64,000 nucleotides of DNA from Nitrospirota bacterium (GTDB lineage: Bacteria > Nitrospirota > UBA9217), in NCBI GenBank assembly GCA_963840455.1, contig CAWIYV010000007.1, positions 394,456-458,455 on the forward strand, read 5' to 3'. The translations under genes were made by a program, and so were the position numbers. Numbering within the stretch: the first letter of the stretch is position 1; each line of letters opens with the position of its first letter. Shown here piece after piece: positions 29,486-39,800 of this stretch. A model generated the notes under the pieces. That model did not search any database, was not told the origin of the DNA, and saw nothing but the letters and a program-made list of their open reading frames with translations.

Positions 29486-31642
29486 ATGACAAACGTCCGT
29501 CTTGAAGACATCGTCGAACGGCTCCAGAGCAACAATCCGGAGGCCGATGTGGACCTGGTGAGGCGCGCCTACATCTTTTCGGCAAAGGCGCACCAGGGAC
29601 AGATGCGGCTGTCCGGCGAGTCCTACCTCATCCATCCCCTCGACGTGGCCAAGATCCTTTCGGAGCTTCGGATGGACCCGGCTACCGTTGCGGCTGGGAT
29701 CCTTCACGACACCATCGAGGACACCACCTCGACCCTCGAGGAGATCCGCTCGCTCTTCGGCGACGAAGTGGCCAAGCTCGTGGACGGCATGACGAAGCTT
29801 TCGCGCATGGAGCTCCAGAGCCGCGAGGAGCGTGAGGCGCAGAACTTCCGCAAGATGATCGTGGCCATGTCCAACGACATCCGAGTCATCCTGATCAAGC
29901 TTGCCGACCGGCTCCACAACATGCGCACGCTGACATTCCTCCCTCCTGAAAAGCAGAAGCGCACCGCCCAGGAGACCCTGGACATCTACGCGCCCCTCGC
30001 GAACCGACTGGGGATCCAGAAGTTCAAGACCGAGCTCGAGGACCTCTCGTTCCGGTATCTGCACCCCGAGGAGTACCGTGACATCGCGGACAAGGTCGCC
30101 CAGAAGCGCATGGAGCGTCAGGCCTACATCGATGATCTGATCGAGATCGTGAAACGCCAGCTCGCGGAGCACGGCTACAAGGGCGATGTGAAGGGACGGC
30201 CCAAACATTTCTACGGCATCTGGCAGAAGATGCAGAAGCAGGGCATCTCCTTCGACGACGTCTACGACCTCATCGCGGTGAGGATCATCACGGACAGCAA
30301 GGTCAACTGCTACGCCATCCTCGGTCTGATCCACTCCCTCTGGACGCCGGTCCCGGGCCGTTTCAAGGATTTCATCGGCGTTCCGAAGTCGAACTTGTAC
30401 CAGTCGCTCCACACAACGGTCATCGGCCCCAAGGGCGAGCGCGTGGAGTTCCAGATCCGCACCGAGGAAATGCACCGCCTCGCCGAGGAAGGCATCGCCG
30501 CGCACTGGCGGTACAAGGAAAAGTCCGCCATGAGCCAGAGCGAGGAGCAGCAGTTCGCCTGGCTCCGCCAGCTCCTGGAGTGGCAGAGCGACCTGACCGA
30601 CGCCAAAGAGTTCATGGACACGGTCAAGGGAGACCTCTTCCCGGACATGGTCTATATCTTCACCCCCAAGGGCGACGTGCGGGAGCTGCCGCAGGGCTCC
30701 ACGCCGGTGGACTTCGCCTATGCCGTGCACACCGATATAGGCCACCAGTGCGTGGGCGCCAAGATCAACGGGAAGATCGTGCCGCTCAAACACGTGCTCC
30801 GGAACGGCGACCGGATCGAGATCATCACGCAGACCGGCCACACACCGAGCCGCGACTGGCTTAAGTTCGTCAAGACCTCCAAGGCCCGCACAAGGATCAA
30901 GGCGTGGGTCAAGACCGAAGAACGCCGGAGGAGCATCCTGCTCGGCAAGGAACTGCTCGAAAAGGACCTGCGCAAGCACGACCTGAATCCCTCGAAGGTC
31001 TTCAAGTCCGACGACATCCATCGCGTGGCCCACGAGCTGTCCAGCAATACGGTCGAGGACATGCTCGCGGCCATCGGCTACGGCAAGATGTCGGCGCACA
31101 TGGTGGCGAACAAGCTGGCGCCTGACCGGCCCCATGTGGAGCCCCTGCCGAAGAAGCCGCACAAGAAGCCGGCTCAGGAGCGAAAAGGCGCCGGCACCGG
31201 CATGAACATCAGCGGCATGGACAGCATGCTGTTCCATCTTTCCAAGTGCTGCAATCCCGTGCCCGGAGACCGCGTGGTGGGGTTCATCACGCGCGGACGG
31301 GGCATTTCCATTCATACGACGGACTGCCCGAACGTCTCCGACCTCGCGCTCGACCGCGAGCGGGTCGTCGAGGTGTCCTGGGGCGATTTTCAGCCCACGG
31401 CCCACGAGGTAAAGATCTCCGTGAGGACTGCGGACAAACCGGGCCTGCTGGCGAACGTCTCGTCGTCCATCAGCGCGGCTGAAGCGAACATCACCCACGC
31501 CGAGGTCACCACCGACAAGGACAAACAAGCCACCCTCAACTTCACCATCGACATCAAGGACGTGGAGCACCTGAACCGCATCATCAAGTCGATCGAGGGC
31601 GTCGACGGGGTAATGGACGTCCGGCGGGTGAAGGCGGGATGA
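29486..31642 (+). CDS. Bifunctional (p)ppGpp synthetase/hydrolase RelA/SpoT family
   Basis: HD domain HDTIEDT, synthetase domain, TGS and C-terminal ACT. The antisense 821-aa ORF was rejected. Confidence 0.9.
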   Translation: MTNVRLEDIVERLQSNNPEADVDLVRRAYIFSAKAHQGQMRLSGESYLIHPLDVAKILSELRMDPATVAAGILHDTIEDTTSTLEEIRSLFGDEVAKLVDGMTKLSRMELQSREEREAQNFRKMIVAMSNDIRVILIKLADRLHNMRTLTFLPPEKQKRTAQETLDIYAPLANRLGIQKFKTELEDLSFRYLHPEEYRDIADKVAQKRMERQAYIDDLIEIVKRQLAEHGYKGDVKGRPKHFYGIWQKMQKQGISFDDVYDLIAVRIITDSKVNCYAILGLIHSLWTPVPGRFKDFIGVPKSNLYQSLHTTVIGPKGERVEFQIRTEEMHRLAEEGIAAHWRYKEKSAMSQSEEQQFAWLRQLLEWQSDLTDAKEFMDTVKGDLFPDMVYIFTPKGDVRELPQGSTPVDFAYAVHTDIGHQCVGAKINGKIVPLKHVLRNGDRIEIITQTGHTPSRDWLKFVKTSKARTRIKAWVKTEERRRSILLGKELLEKDLRKHDLNPSKVFKSDDIHRVAHELSSNTVEDMLAAIGYGKMSAHMVANKLAPDRPHVEPLPKKPHKKPAQERKGAGTGMNISGMDSMLFHLSKCCNPVPGDRVVGFITRGRGISIHTTDCPNVSDLALDRERVVEVSWGDFQPTAHEVKISVRTADKPGLLANVSSSISAAEANITHAEVTTDKDKQATLNFTIDIKDVEHLNRIIKSIEGVDGVMDVRRVKAG

Positions 31643-31644
31643 GA

Positions 31645-31673
31645 GACAGAAGACAGAAGACAGAAGACAGGAG
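31645..31673. repeat. Tandem 9-bp repeat (AGAAGACAG, about 3 copies) in the relA-ridA intergenic region
   Basis: Read directly. Confidence 0.7.
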
Positions 31674-31705
31674 TCAGAATTCAGGAGACAGGAGAACGGA
31701 AAATT

Positions 31706-32086
31706 GTGAAAAAGATAATTAGAACCACTGACGCGCCGCAGGCCATCGGGCCCTATTCCCAAGCAGTCGAGGCGAATGGGTTCGTATTCGTGTCAGGGCA
31801 GATCCCGCTCGACCCGAAGACCGGCTATCTCGCCCCAGGGGGCATTCGGGAGCAGATGAAGCAGGTGATGGAGAACGGGAAGGCGATCCTCGCGGCCGCG
31901 GGATGCGGCATGGGCCAGGTGGTCAAGACGACGATCTATCTCAGGAACATCGGTGACTTCGCCGCGGTGAACGAGGTCTATGGCAGTTACTTCCCGGCAG
32001 AACCTCCCGCCCGGGCGACTGTCGAGGTCTCGCGGCTTCCCAAGGAATCAGAGGTCGAGATCGACCTCATCGCGGTGAAAGCATGA
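31706..32086 (+). CDS. ridA: RidA/YjgF family reactive-intermediate deaminase
   Basis: GTG start. TDAPQAIGPYSQAV...KTTIYL signature. Confidence 0.85.
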   Translation: MKKIIRTTDAPQAIGPYSQAVEANGFVFVSGQIPLDPKTGYLAPGGIREQMKQVMENGKAILAAAGCGMGQVVKTTIYLRNIGDFAAVNEVYGSYFPAEPPARATVEVSRLPKESEVEIDLIAVKA

Positions 32087-32222
32087 TCTCAGATCTGAAA
32101 TTTGAGATTTGAGATGAAGGGCCTCTAAAGGACAGCGTTATCTAAACTATACTACTCGAACTCCTGACAAGTCGAAGAAGTCGAAGAGAATTTTCAAAGA
32201 AGCCCTGAAACGATCCCGCCGC

Positions 32223-33005
32223 CTATTTCTTCTTGTGTTCATGGCTGTTGATGTGGTCCATGCAGTATCCCAAGCCTCCGCAGTCCGGGCAGTAGCGGAA
32301 ATCCATGTCCGGGTGCGTCACATCGGTCTTCCCGCATGATGCGCACCGGTGGAACGCCTCGCGCGTACCGGTCAACGCCTTTGCCTGCTCCGCCATCCTC
32401 TGCTTTCCCGTCCTCATCTTCCACCAGATGTCCCTGCCGAAGAACAGGAAAAAATTGCCGATCGAGGCAACGATGAGCAGCCGCGTCGACCAATCGCCGG
32501 AAATGAATGAGATCCCGTACCCGACCCAGGCGAGGAGCGCGAGCCATTTGACCTTCACCGGGAGGATGAAGAAAATATAGAATTGGAAATCGGGATAGAG
32601 CGCGGCGAAGGCAAGGAACACGGAACCGCCGATGAAAATATTGTTCGCTGACTGGTAGGGGGTCAGGAACGAGAACGCGACCGTGGCAATGTATCCGGTA
32701 AGCAGGAAAACATTGTACCGAAACGCGCCCCAGTGGCCTTCCAGCGCGCCGCCCATGAGGTAGAACACATAGAGGGCGAAAAAGATGAAGAACAGGCTCG
32801 CGCTCGGCGGAATAAAGGGGAAGGTGAGCAGCCGCCACCACTCTCCCGCGAGCACCCGTGCCGGTATCAGCAGGGCGCGGCCGATATCAAGCTTTCCCGA
32901 ATAGGCGAAGAGATAGAGGAATGCCTGGCCGATAATGATGGCGGTCGTGACATTGGGGACGGCGTAGCGTCCGAACTTCCGTTCGAGCTTATCTAGGAAT
33001 GCCAT
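32223..33005 (-). CDS. Rhomboid-like polytopic membrane protein with a C-terminal CxxC...CxxC zinc ribbon
   Basis: GEWWRLLT motif, GGS in TM4. The catalytic His is not obvious. Confidence 0.5.
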   Translation of the reverse strand: MAFLDKLERKFGRYAVPNVTTAIIIGQAFLYLFAYSGKLDIGRALLIPARVLAGEWWRLLTFPFIPPSASLFFIFFALYVFYLMGGALEGHWGAFRYNVFLLTGYIATVAFSFLTPYQSANNIFIGGSVFLAFAALYPDFQFYIFFILPVKVKWLALLAWVGYGISFISGDWSTRLLIVASIGNFFLFFGRDIWWKMRTGKQRMAEQAKALTGTREAFHRCASCGKTDVTHPDMDFRYCPDCGGLGYCMDHINSHEHKKK

Positions 33006-33082
33006 ACGTGCTCCAATAAAATAGATTTTAACCGCGAAGGCGCCAAGGACGCGAAGGTCGAAGAGATCGCTTCGTGCTTATC

Positions 33083-33409
33083 TTAATGCTTTTCTTCGCG
33101 CTCTTCGCGTCTTTGCGGTAAAGCATCTCCTGGGTTTTTCTTTAAGATGACGATCGTCGCTCCCCAGCCGCCCGCTTCTTCGCCCGCCAGCCGGAATGAT
33201 GCCACCTCGGGCATACGCGAAAGCATCGCATGCACGGTCTCACGCAGCGCACCGATGCCTTTGCCATGGATGATGCGGACTTGGAGGATGCCTTTTTTGC
33301 GGCATTCGGTCAGATAATCAGGCACCAGGTCCTTCACATCTTCAGGCCGGAACGTGTGCAGGTCGAGTGTTCCGTCGACCGGCAGTTCGTGAGGGCTATC
33401 GTGGTCCAT
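33083..33409 (-). CDS. Smr-domain protein (small MutS-related nuclease domain)
   Basis: LDLHG-like TLDLHTF and IIHGKGIG motif. Confidence 0.7.
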   Translation of the reverse strand: MDHDSPHELPVDGTLDLHTFRPEDVKDLVPDYLTECRKKGILQVRIIHGKGIGALRETVHAMLSRMPEVASFRLAGEEAGGWGATIVILKKNPGDALPQRREEREEKH

Positions 33410-33498
33410 GGGAAGCTCTTTTGCTGGCCGATGAAATTTGTTTCATTGCGGCCGCTCGTGGATTCAAGATATTCCCAGTTGACCGGAAGATGCGATCC

Positions 33499-33894
33499 TC
33501 AGCGGGCCCACGCGTCATCGGAGCCCTTTTCCTGCAGGGCCGTGAAGATCATGTCCAGCACTTCCTGCTGTTTCGCCTCGAACTTGTTCAGCACGCCGAG
33601 GCAGCTCCCCATCGGGAACCGCTTGTGCAGATAGTCGGCGTCGCGTCCGGAAAAGATGATGATGCGGTTCCTGGCGATCCCCTTGCTGACAGCATAGGCC
33701 AGGACCTTGGCGCCGTCAAGCCCCGGCATCTCGAGGTCGATGAGCAGCAGGTCGAGGTCCGTGGTGATGGAGGCCAGGCAATGCACCGGATCATCGCAGG
33801 TCAGGACGGTGAGTCCCGGGAACCGGTGGCGGATGTGGTCCCGGACAAGGTCCAGAAAGGAATCTTCGTCGTCGATGATCAGGACCTTTCCCAT
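33499..33894 (-). CDS. CheY-like response-regulator receiver protein
   Basis: LIIDDE, phospho-acceptor Asp in LLIDLEMPGLDG, K at FSGRDADYLHK. Confidence 0.8.
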   Translation of the reverse strand: MGKVLIIDDEDSFLDLVRDHIRHRFPGLTVLTCDDPVHCLASITTDLDLLLIDLEMPGLDGAKVLAYAVSKGIARNRIIIFSGRDADYLHKRFPMGSCLGVLNKFEAKQQEVLDMIFTALQEKGSDDAWAR

Positions 33895-33903
33895 GTACGC
33901 GTC

Positions 33904-34740
33904 TCACCCGTTGAGCGAACGGACGAACTGCTCGGCGGTCCGGCCGTTCCTGCCCCCGGATTCCAATGCCCACTGGATGGCCATTCGGTGCAGTTCACCG
34001 GCGTCCCTGGAGATGCCGTAGTGCCGCGCGTAGAGGTCGACGATCTCCAGATAGGTCCCTTCGGAGATGTGATAGAAGCCGAGGCGGATGCCGAACCGGT
34101 CGGCGAGCGAGACCTTCTCCTCCACCGTGTCGGAAGGCCGGATGTCGTCGCTGTCGTTGTCCGAGAACCGCGTCGGGACCAGGTGCTTCCGGTTCGAGGT
34201 CGCGTAGAACAGCAGGTTGTCCGGCATCTGCTCCAGCCCGCCGTCCATGACGGTCTTCATCTCCTGGTAGTCGGTCTGCTCCTCCTCGAAGGACAGGTCG
34301 TCTATGAAGATGATGAACCGGCGGGAGGAATGGGCGGCAATGAGGTCGTACAGCGCCTGGACCGTCAGGATGTCATGCTTGAGCACCTGCACCATCCGCA
34401 GGCCGGTCCCGGCGAACGCCGTGAGGAGCGACTTCACGAGCGAGGACTTGCCGGTGCCGCGTTCGCCCCAGAGGAGAACATTGTTGGCCCTCGAGCCGGC
34501 GAGGAAACGCCGCGTATTGCCCAGTACCCGGTCCTTCTGGCCATCGATCCCGAGGAGCATTGCAGGGTCCAGCCGGACGGGCCTCTTGACGGGCAGGAGG
34601 CTCCTGCTTTTCCCTTCCCACTGGAACGCCTCATGGCCGGCGATATCTGCTTCAGTGGGCCGATGGACGATATACTCGTCCAGAAGTCGGTCCAATTTGG
34701 AGAAAGCGCTCGTAATGGCGGGATGTTTGTCGAGGTCCAT
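33904..34740 (-). CDS. DUF815 P-loop ATPase
   Basis: Walker A GERGTGKSSL, Walker B IIFIDDL. Confidence 0.65.
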   Translation of the reverse strand: MDLDKHPAITSAFSKLDRLLDEYIVHRPTEADIAGHEAFQWEGKSRSLLPVKRPVRLDPAMLLGIDGQKDRVLGNTRRFLAGSRANNVLLWGERGTGKSSLVKSLLTAFAGTGLRMVQVLKHDILTVQALYDLIAAHSSRRFIIFIDDLSFEEEQTDYQEMKTVMDGGLEQMPDNLLFYATSNRKHLVPTRFSDNDSDDIRPSDTVEEKVSLADRFGIRLGFYHISEGTYLEIVDLYARHYGISRDAGELHRMAIQWALESGGRNGRTAEQFVRSLNG

Positions 34741-34752
34741 GTCAGTTCCCTG

Positions 34753-35418
34753 CTAGGCCAGAGCTTCGCTGTTGATCGTTCTGACCTGTGCTGCAGCGTC
34801 GAACACCGCGACGAGCCGTTCTCCGTTCACCAGCTCTGCGCTGACGGTGTCTCCTGTTTCGGCCGCCGGGATCCCCCGGGCCCGGAAATAGGACAGCAGG
34901 GCGTTCCGGTGGTTGAAATCATAGCGCGATGCCAGATCGGCCAGTTGCCGGACAAGGCCCCGGCGGTCGAACACCAGCTGGTCGTCCAGGGCGATGCCGG
35001 ACAGGAGCAGGAAGAGCGTGCCCCCCTCGTAGGGGTCCCGGTAGAAGCCGCTCGCCCTGCAGATCTCCGAGGCGATCAGCGAGAGCATGGTCCCGTCCGC
35101 CCGGTCGAGGTCAACGGCAGGGAGGGTGAGCTCCTGCACGCCTTCTTTCTCGCCCCAAGCCCTTAATTCACGCGCCGATAGGAGGAGATTGGGCGGGACT
35201 TCCGTCTGTTCCTCGGCCCACGCCCACAGCCAGGTGAGCGAATTTTCCGATTCGGTCCCGAGAACCTGGAACGGGAAGACGAGGCTGTCGCTGAATCGCG
35301 CCGTCCCCGCGTCGAGGTCTAAGTCTAGGATGTGCTCGCCTAGGAAAGAAACAAGGCGCGCCTGCTTTTCCAGTGATACAAGGGCGTATCGTTCAAAATA
35401 TCGTTTCAGGTTGCTCAT
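34753..35418 (-). CDS. Hypothetical protein; first gene downstream of the RR-GGDEF gene in the same operon
   Basis: Start chosen at MSNLKRYF; the track ORF extends to 35538. No recognisable domain. Confidence 0.35.
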   Translation of the reverse strand: MSNLKRYFERYALVSLEKQARLVSFLGEHILDLDLDAGTARFSDSLVFPFQVLGTESENSLTWLWAWAEEQTEVPPNLLLSARELRAWGEKEGVQELTLPAVDLDRADGTMLSLIASEICRASGFYRDPYEGGTLFLLLSGIALDDQLVFDRRGLVRQLADLASRYDFNHRNALLSYFRARGIPAAETGDTVSAELVNGERLVAVFDAAAQVRTINSEALA

Positions 35419-35540
35419 GGTGTTCGACCGCACAGGCAGGACGTACGCGAATGGGACACTATAGCCATATTTCCGGGAATTTGCAAGTTCGGGGGATGAC
35501 TGAGGGCCGGCCACGGGAGTGCCGGGGCCAGGGGACATGA

Positions 35541-36470
35541 TCAGGCGGATTCCGAGCGGTTCCTGCCGTTCTTCTTCGCGCTGTACATGGCTAGGTCGGC
35601 GGCGTGGAGCATCTTGTCCCGACTGTCAATGTCGGGGTCGGGTATGCCGGCGACGCCGATACTGACAGTGATCTTCTTGCCCGGCATGCCGGTAAAGGAG
35701 TGGTTGGCGATCGCCTTCCGCACCCGTTCCGCTGCTCGCAGGCCGTTCTCTCTGGTCGTGTTCGGGCTCAGGATCACGAACTCCTCGCCGCCCCATCGGG
35801 CGGGGGTGTCCACTTCGCGGATGGTTGATTGGATCACCTGGGCAAGCTCCCTGAGCACTATGTCGCCGTCTTGGTGGCCGAGAGTATCGTTGACCGTTTT
35901 GAAGTGGTCGATGTCGATCATGAGCAGGCTCAGGGGAAGCTGGTACCGCGAGGCCCGTTTGAACTCGTTCGAGAAGATGGTCTCGAAGCGCCTCCGGTTG
36001 TACAAGCCGGTCAGCTGGTCCATGATCGCCAGGCTCTCGACGCGGGTGAGCATGTCCTCGAGCTGGCGGTTCTTCTGTTTAAGCTCGTCCTGATTGGTCT
36101 TGGCCCGCAGGCGCACATAGATGCGCGCGTTGAGCTCGGCCTCGTCGAAGGGTTTGGGAAGATAGTCGTCGGCGCCGGCCTCGAGGCCGGAAACCTTGTC
36201 GGACATCTCACCCTTGGCGGTCAACATGATGACGGGGATGTCGCGGGTGGCGTGGTCGAGCTTGAGCCAGCGGCAGACGTCACTGCCGTCGATGTCGGGC
36301 AGGATGCGGTCGAGCAGAATGATGTCGGCGTTGACGGTCTTGGCGGCCTTGAATGCAGACATGCCGTCCTCGACGGTGGAAACGCGGTATCCGTTCCGTT
36401 CCAGGTAGTCCTTGATGATCGAGGCCTGAGCCTTATTGTCCTCGACCAGTAGTATATGCGCTTTTGACAT
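35541..36470 (-). CDS. Response regulator with GGDEF output (diguanylate cyclase, PleD/WspR-like)
   Basis: Receiver ILLVEDN...DIILLD, then GGEEF active site and RxxD I-site-like region. Confidence 0.85.
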   Translation of the reverse strand: MSKAHILLVEDNKAQASIIKDYLERNGYRVSTVEDGMSAFKAAKTVNADIILLDRILPDIDGSDVCRWLKLDHATRDIPVIMLTAKGEMSDKVSGLEAGADDYLPKPFDEAELNARIYVRLRAKTNQDELKQKNRQLEDMLTRVESLAIMDQLTGLYNRRRFETIFSNEFKRASRYQLPLSLLMIDIDHFKTVNDTLGHQDGDIVLRELAQVIQSTIREVDTPARWGGEEFVILSPNTTRENGLRAAERVRKAIANHSFTGMPGKKITVSIGVAGIPDPDIDSRDKMLHAADLAMYSAKKNGRNRSESA

Positions 36471-36814
36471 GCTGCAGCAGTCCCCCCGTTGGCCGATCAC
36501 CTATGCTCACAGCTCGGTCGATGTGTCACGAATTATGTCATATTGAGGAAAAAAAAACAAGATGAATCAGTGAAGGCAAAAAAAACGGTGGACAAAGAAA
36601 TGCCAGTATAAATAGTGTCTTTGTTATCTTTTCTCCGTGAACTCAGGGACCTCTGTGGCAAAGCATTTAATGCTCTCGTGAGCAACTGCAAGTGAAATTT
36701 TCTGTCGTGCCTTTGTCCGGCTTTTCTCGCTCCCTTGCGGTGCAAGGTCTTCAGTCTGCGTGTTGTCAAGATCGTCCGAGACGTCAGATGGCAGGGCTAA
36801 AAGGGGAGGGCACG

Positions 36815-39800
36815 TCAGTTCAGGGATACCGACCCGTCACCCAGGAGGATTTCGATCTCACTGATGAGCTGGTCCGAGGGGGTAACGCGGATATCCCTCC
36901 CCACGGAGATGAGGGAGTCCTTGCGGGAGGGGTTCTGGAGGCGGAGGAAGACGGGGATGTCGCCCTTGTAGCGGAGCAGGATGTCCTTGACCTTCAGGAG
37001 GTCGTCCTGGGTGAGGCCAGTGGCGCTCAGGCGGATGTCCATCCGGGTGGTTCCCCGTTTCTTCACATCGGCGAGGAGATGGAGCCTCGTGGCCTTGATC
37101 TTGTTGCCCTGTTCGCTCTTGTCGAACAGCCCTGCCACGATGAGCGGCGTGTCGGTCAGGAGCATATGGCTTGCCGTCGCGTAGAGGTCGGGAAAGACGA
37201 TGACCTCCACGGTCCCGGTCAGGTCCTCGAGGTTGATGATTGCCATCTTGTCGCCCCGCTTCGTGACCTTCTGTTTCAGGCCCGCGATGATGCCGCAGAT
37301 GGAGATCTCCTTGCCATCGGGGACGCCTTCCAGCGTCTCCGTGGTGTGCGAGGCATAGCGCTTCATGTCCGCCTGGAATGCCGCGAGGGGGTGGCCGGTG
37401 ATGTAGAACCCGACGCTTTCCTTCTCGAATGCCAGGAGCTGGCTCTCCTTCCACTCCGGGACATTCGGCAGGTCCGGGTCCTTCTTCTCGTCCATGGCGT
37501 CAAAGATGCTGGACTGGCCGATGGCCTCCTGCTCCTGGTGACGGGAGGCCTGGTCCATCAGCATGTCGATGGCTTCCATCATCTGGGCCCGCCGCGCGCC
37601 GGTCCCGTCGAAGGCGCCGCACTTGATGAGCGCCTCGATGACGCGGCGGTTCACCCTGCGTTGATCGACCTTCCGGCAGAAATCGGCCAGAGACGTGAAT
37701 GATCCTTTGGCCTCCCGGGCCTCGATCATGGCCTCGATGGCCGAGAGACCGACGTTCTTCACCGCGGCAAGGCCGAACCTGACCGAGCCAATGGTGCTGC
37801 CCGGCTCGACGGTGTCGCGTTCGTGGGCCTCGACGACCGTGAAGTCCCAGCGGCTCTCGTTCACGTCCGGCGGCAGGATGGTGATCCCCATCTGGCGCGC
37901 CTCGTAGATGTACTTCACCACCTTGTCCGTGTCCTGGACCTCGCTCGTGAGCAGAGCGGCCATGTACTCCACGGGGTAGTGGGTCTTGAGGTATGCCGTT
38001 TGGTACGAAATGAGGGCGTAGGCCGCGCTGTGGGACTTGTTGAAGCCGTACTCGGCGAACTTGGCCATGAGGTCGAAGATCGCCTCGGCCTTCTTCGGAT
38101 CGATGCCCTGCTTCTTCGCTCCCTCGATGAACGGCACCTTCTCCTTCTTCATGACCTCCGGGTCCTTCTTGCCCATGGCCCGGCGCAGCAGGTCCGCGCC
38201 GCCGAGGGAATAACCCGCGAGTGTCCTGGCTATCTGCATCACCTGTTCCTGATAGACGATGACGCCATAGGTGTCCTTCAGGATCGGCTCGAGCTGCGGG
38301 AGGTCATAGACGATCCTGGTCGAGCCCTTCTTGCGCTTGATGAAGTCGTCCACCATGCCGCTGTTCAGCGGGCCGGGGCGGTAGAGCGCGAGCAGGGCGA
38401 TGATGTCCTCGAAGCACTGGGGCTTCATCTTGAGGACCAGGTCCCGCATGCCCGACGATTCAAGCTGGAAGATGCCGGCCGTGTCGCCTCGGCCGAGATA
38501 GTCGTAGGTCTTCTGATCGTCGAGGGGCAAGCGGCTGACGGAGAAGGGCTCCTGTCGGGCGAGAGGGGCCTTCTGGCGCCGCAGGTCGATAAGCTCCTCC
38601 GCCTTCCGGATGACCGTGAGATTGCGGAGGCCCAGAAAGTCGAACTTCACGAGGCCGATCTTCTCGACGCCCTTCATGTCGAACTGCGTCATGACCTCGT
38701 CCTTGGCGGTCTTGTAGAGCGGCAGGTATTCGGTGAGCGGCTCCTGGGAGATGACCACGCCGGCAGCATGCTTGGACGCATGGCGCACCTGGCCCTCGAG
38801 GTGCAGGGCGATCTCCATGAGCTCGGCCATGCGTGGGTCCTTTTTCGCGGCCTCCTTCAGCTTCGGCTCCTGTTCCATGGCCTTCTGGAGCGAGATGTTC
38901 AGTACGTTCGGCACCAGTTTGGCGACCCTGTCCACCTCGGCGTAGGGGATGTCGAGCACCCGGCCCACGTCGCGGATCACACCCTTGGCCATCATGGTCC
39001 CGTAGGTGATGATCTGGGTCACATGGTCCGGCCCGTACTTCTCGGTGACGTATTTGATGACCTCGTCGCGCCGGTCCTGACAGAAGTCCACGTCGATGTC
39101 CGGCATGCTGATGCGCTCGGGGTTCAGGAACCGCTCGAACAGGAGGTTGTAGGGGATAGGATCGAGGTCGGTGATCCGGAGGCTGTAGGCGACCAGGCTC
39201 CCGGCGGCGGAGCCGCGGCCCGGGCCGACCGGGATGCCGTGCTCCCGGGCGTAGCGGATGAAGTCCCAGACGATCAGCAGATAGCCGGGGAAGCCCATCC
39301 GTTCGATCATCTGGATCTCGGCCTCGAGCCGCTGTTGGTAGGCCTCGCGGTCGATGCTGCCGGGCCCGCGCACGGCCTCGATCTCGGCAAACCGTTCGTG
39401 GAGGCCCGTGCGGGCAAGCTCAGCCATGTAGGTCTCGCGTGTGTAGCCTTCAGGGACCGGGAAGTTGGGGAGGTGGTACTTGCCCAGCTCCAGGTCGATG
39501 CTGCACCGCTCGGCGATCCGAATGGTGTTCGTGATGGCCTCGGGGACATGGGAGAAGGCCTTCTTCATCTCCTCGGGCGTCTTCATGTAAAAGGTCTCGG
39601 AAGAGAACTTGAGCCGCTTCTCGTCTTTCACCAGCTTGCCCTGGTTGATGCAGAGCAGGGCGTCGTGGGATTTGTGGTCCTCCATATTCAGGTAGTGACA
39701 GTCATTCGTGGCAACGAGGGGCAGGCCGGTCTCCTGGCCCAGGCGGATGAGCTCGCGGTTCACCTGCTCCTGCTCGGGGATGCCGTTGTCCTGGAGCTCG

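Noticed and set aside
29297-31762. 821-aa ORF antisense to relA/spoT
   Set aside because: No domain signatures and repetitive composition. The plus strand encodes a complete RelA/SpoT with HD, synthetase, TGS and ACT regions.
33367-35166. 599-aa plus-strand ORF spanning the receiver/DUF815/hypothetical genes
   Set aside because: Crosses three well-supported minus-strand genes. Composition is biased and no motifs are present.
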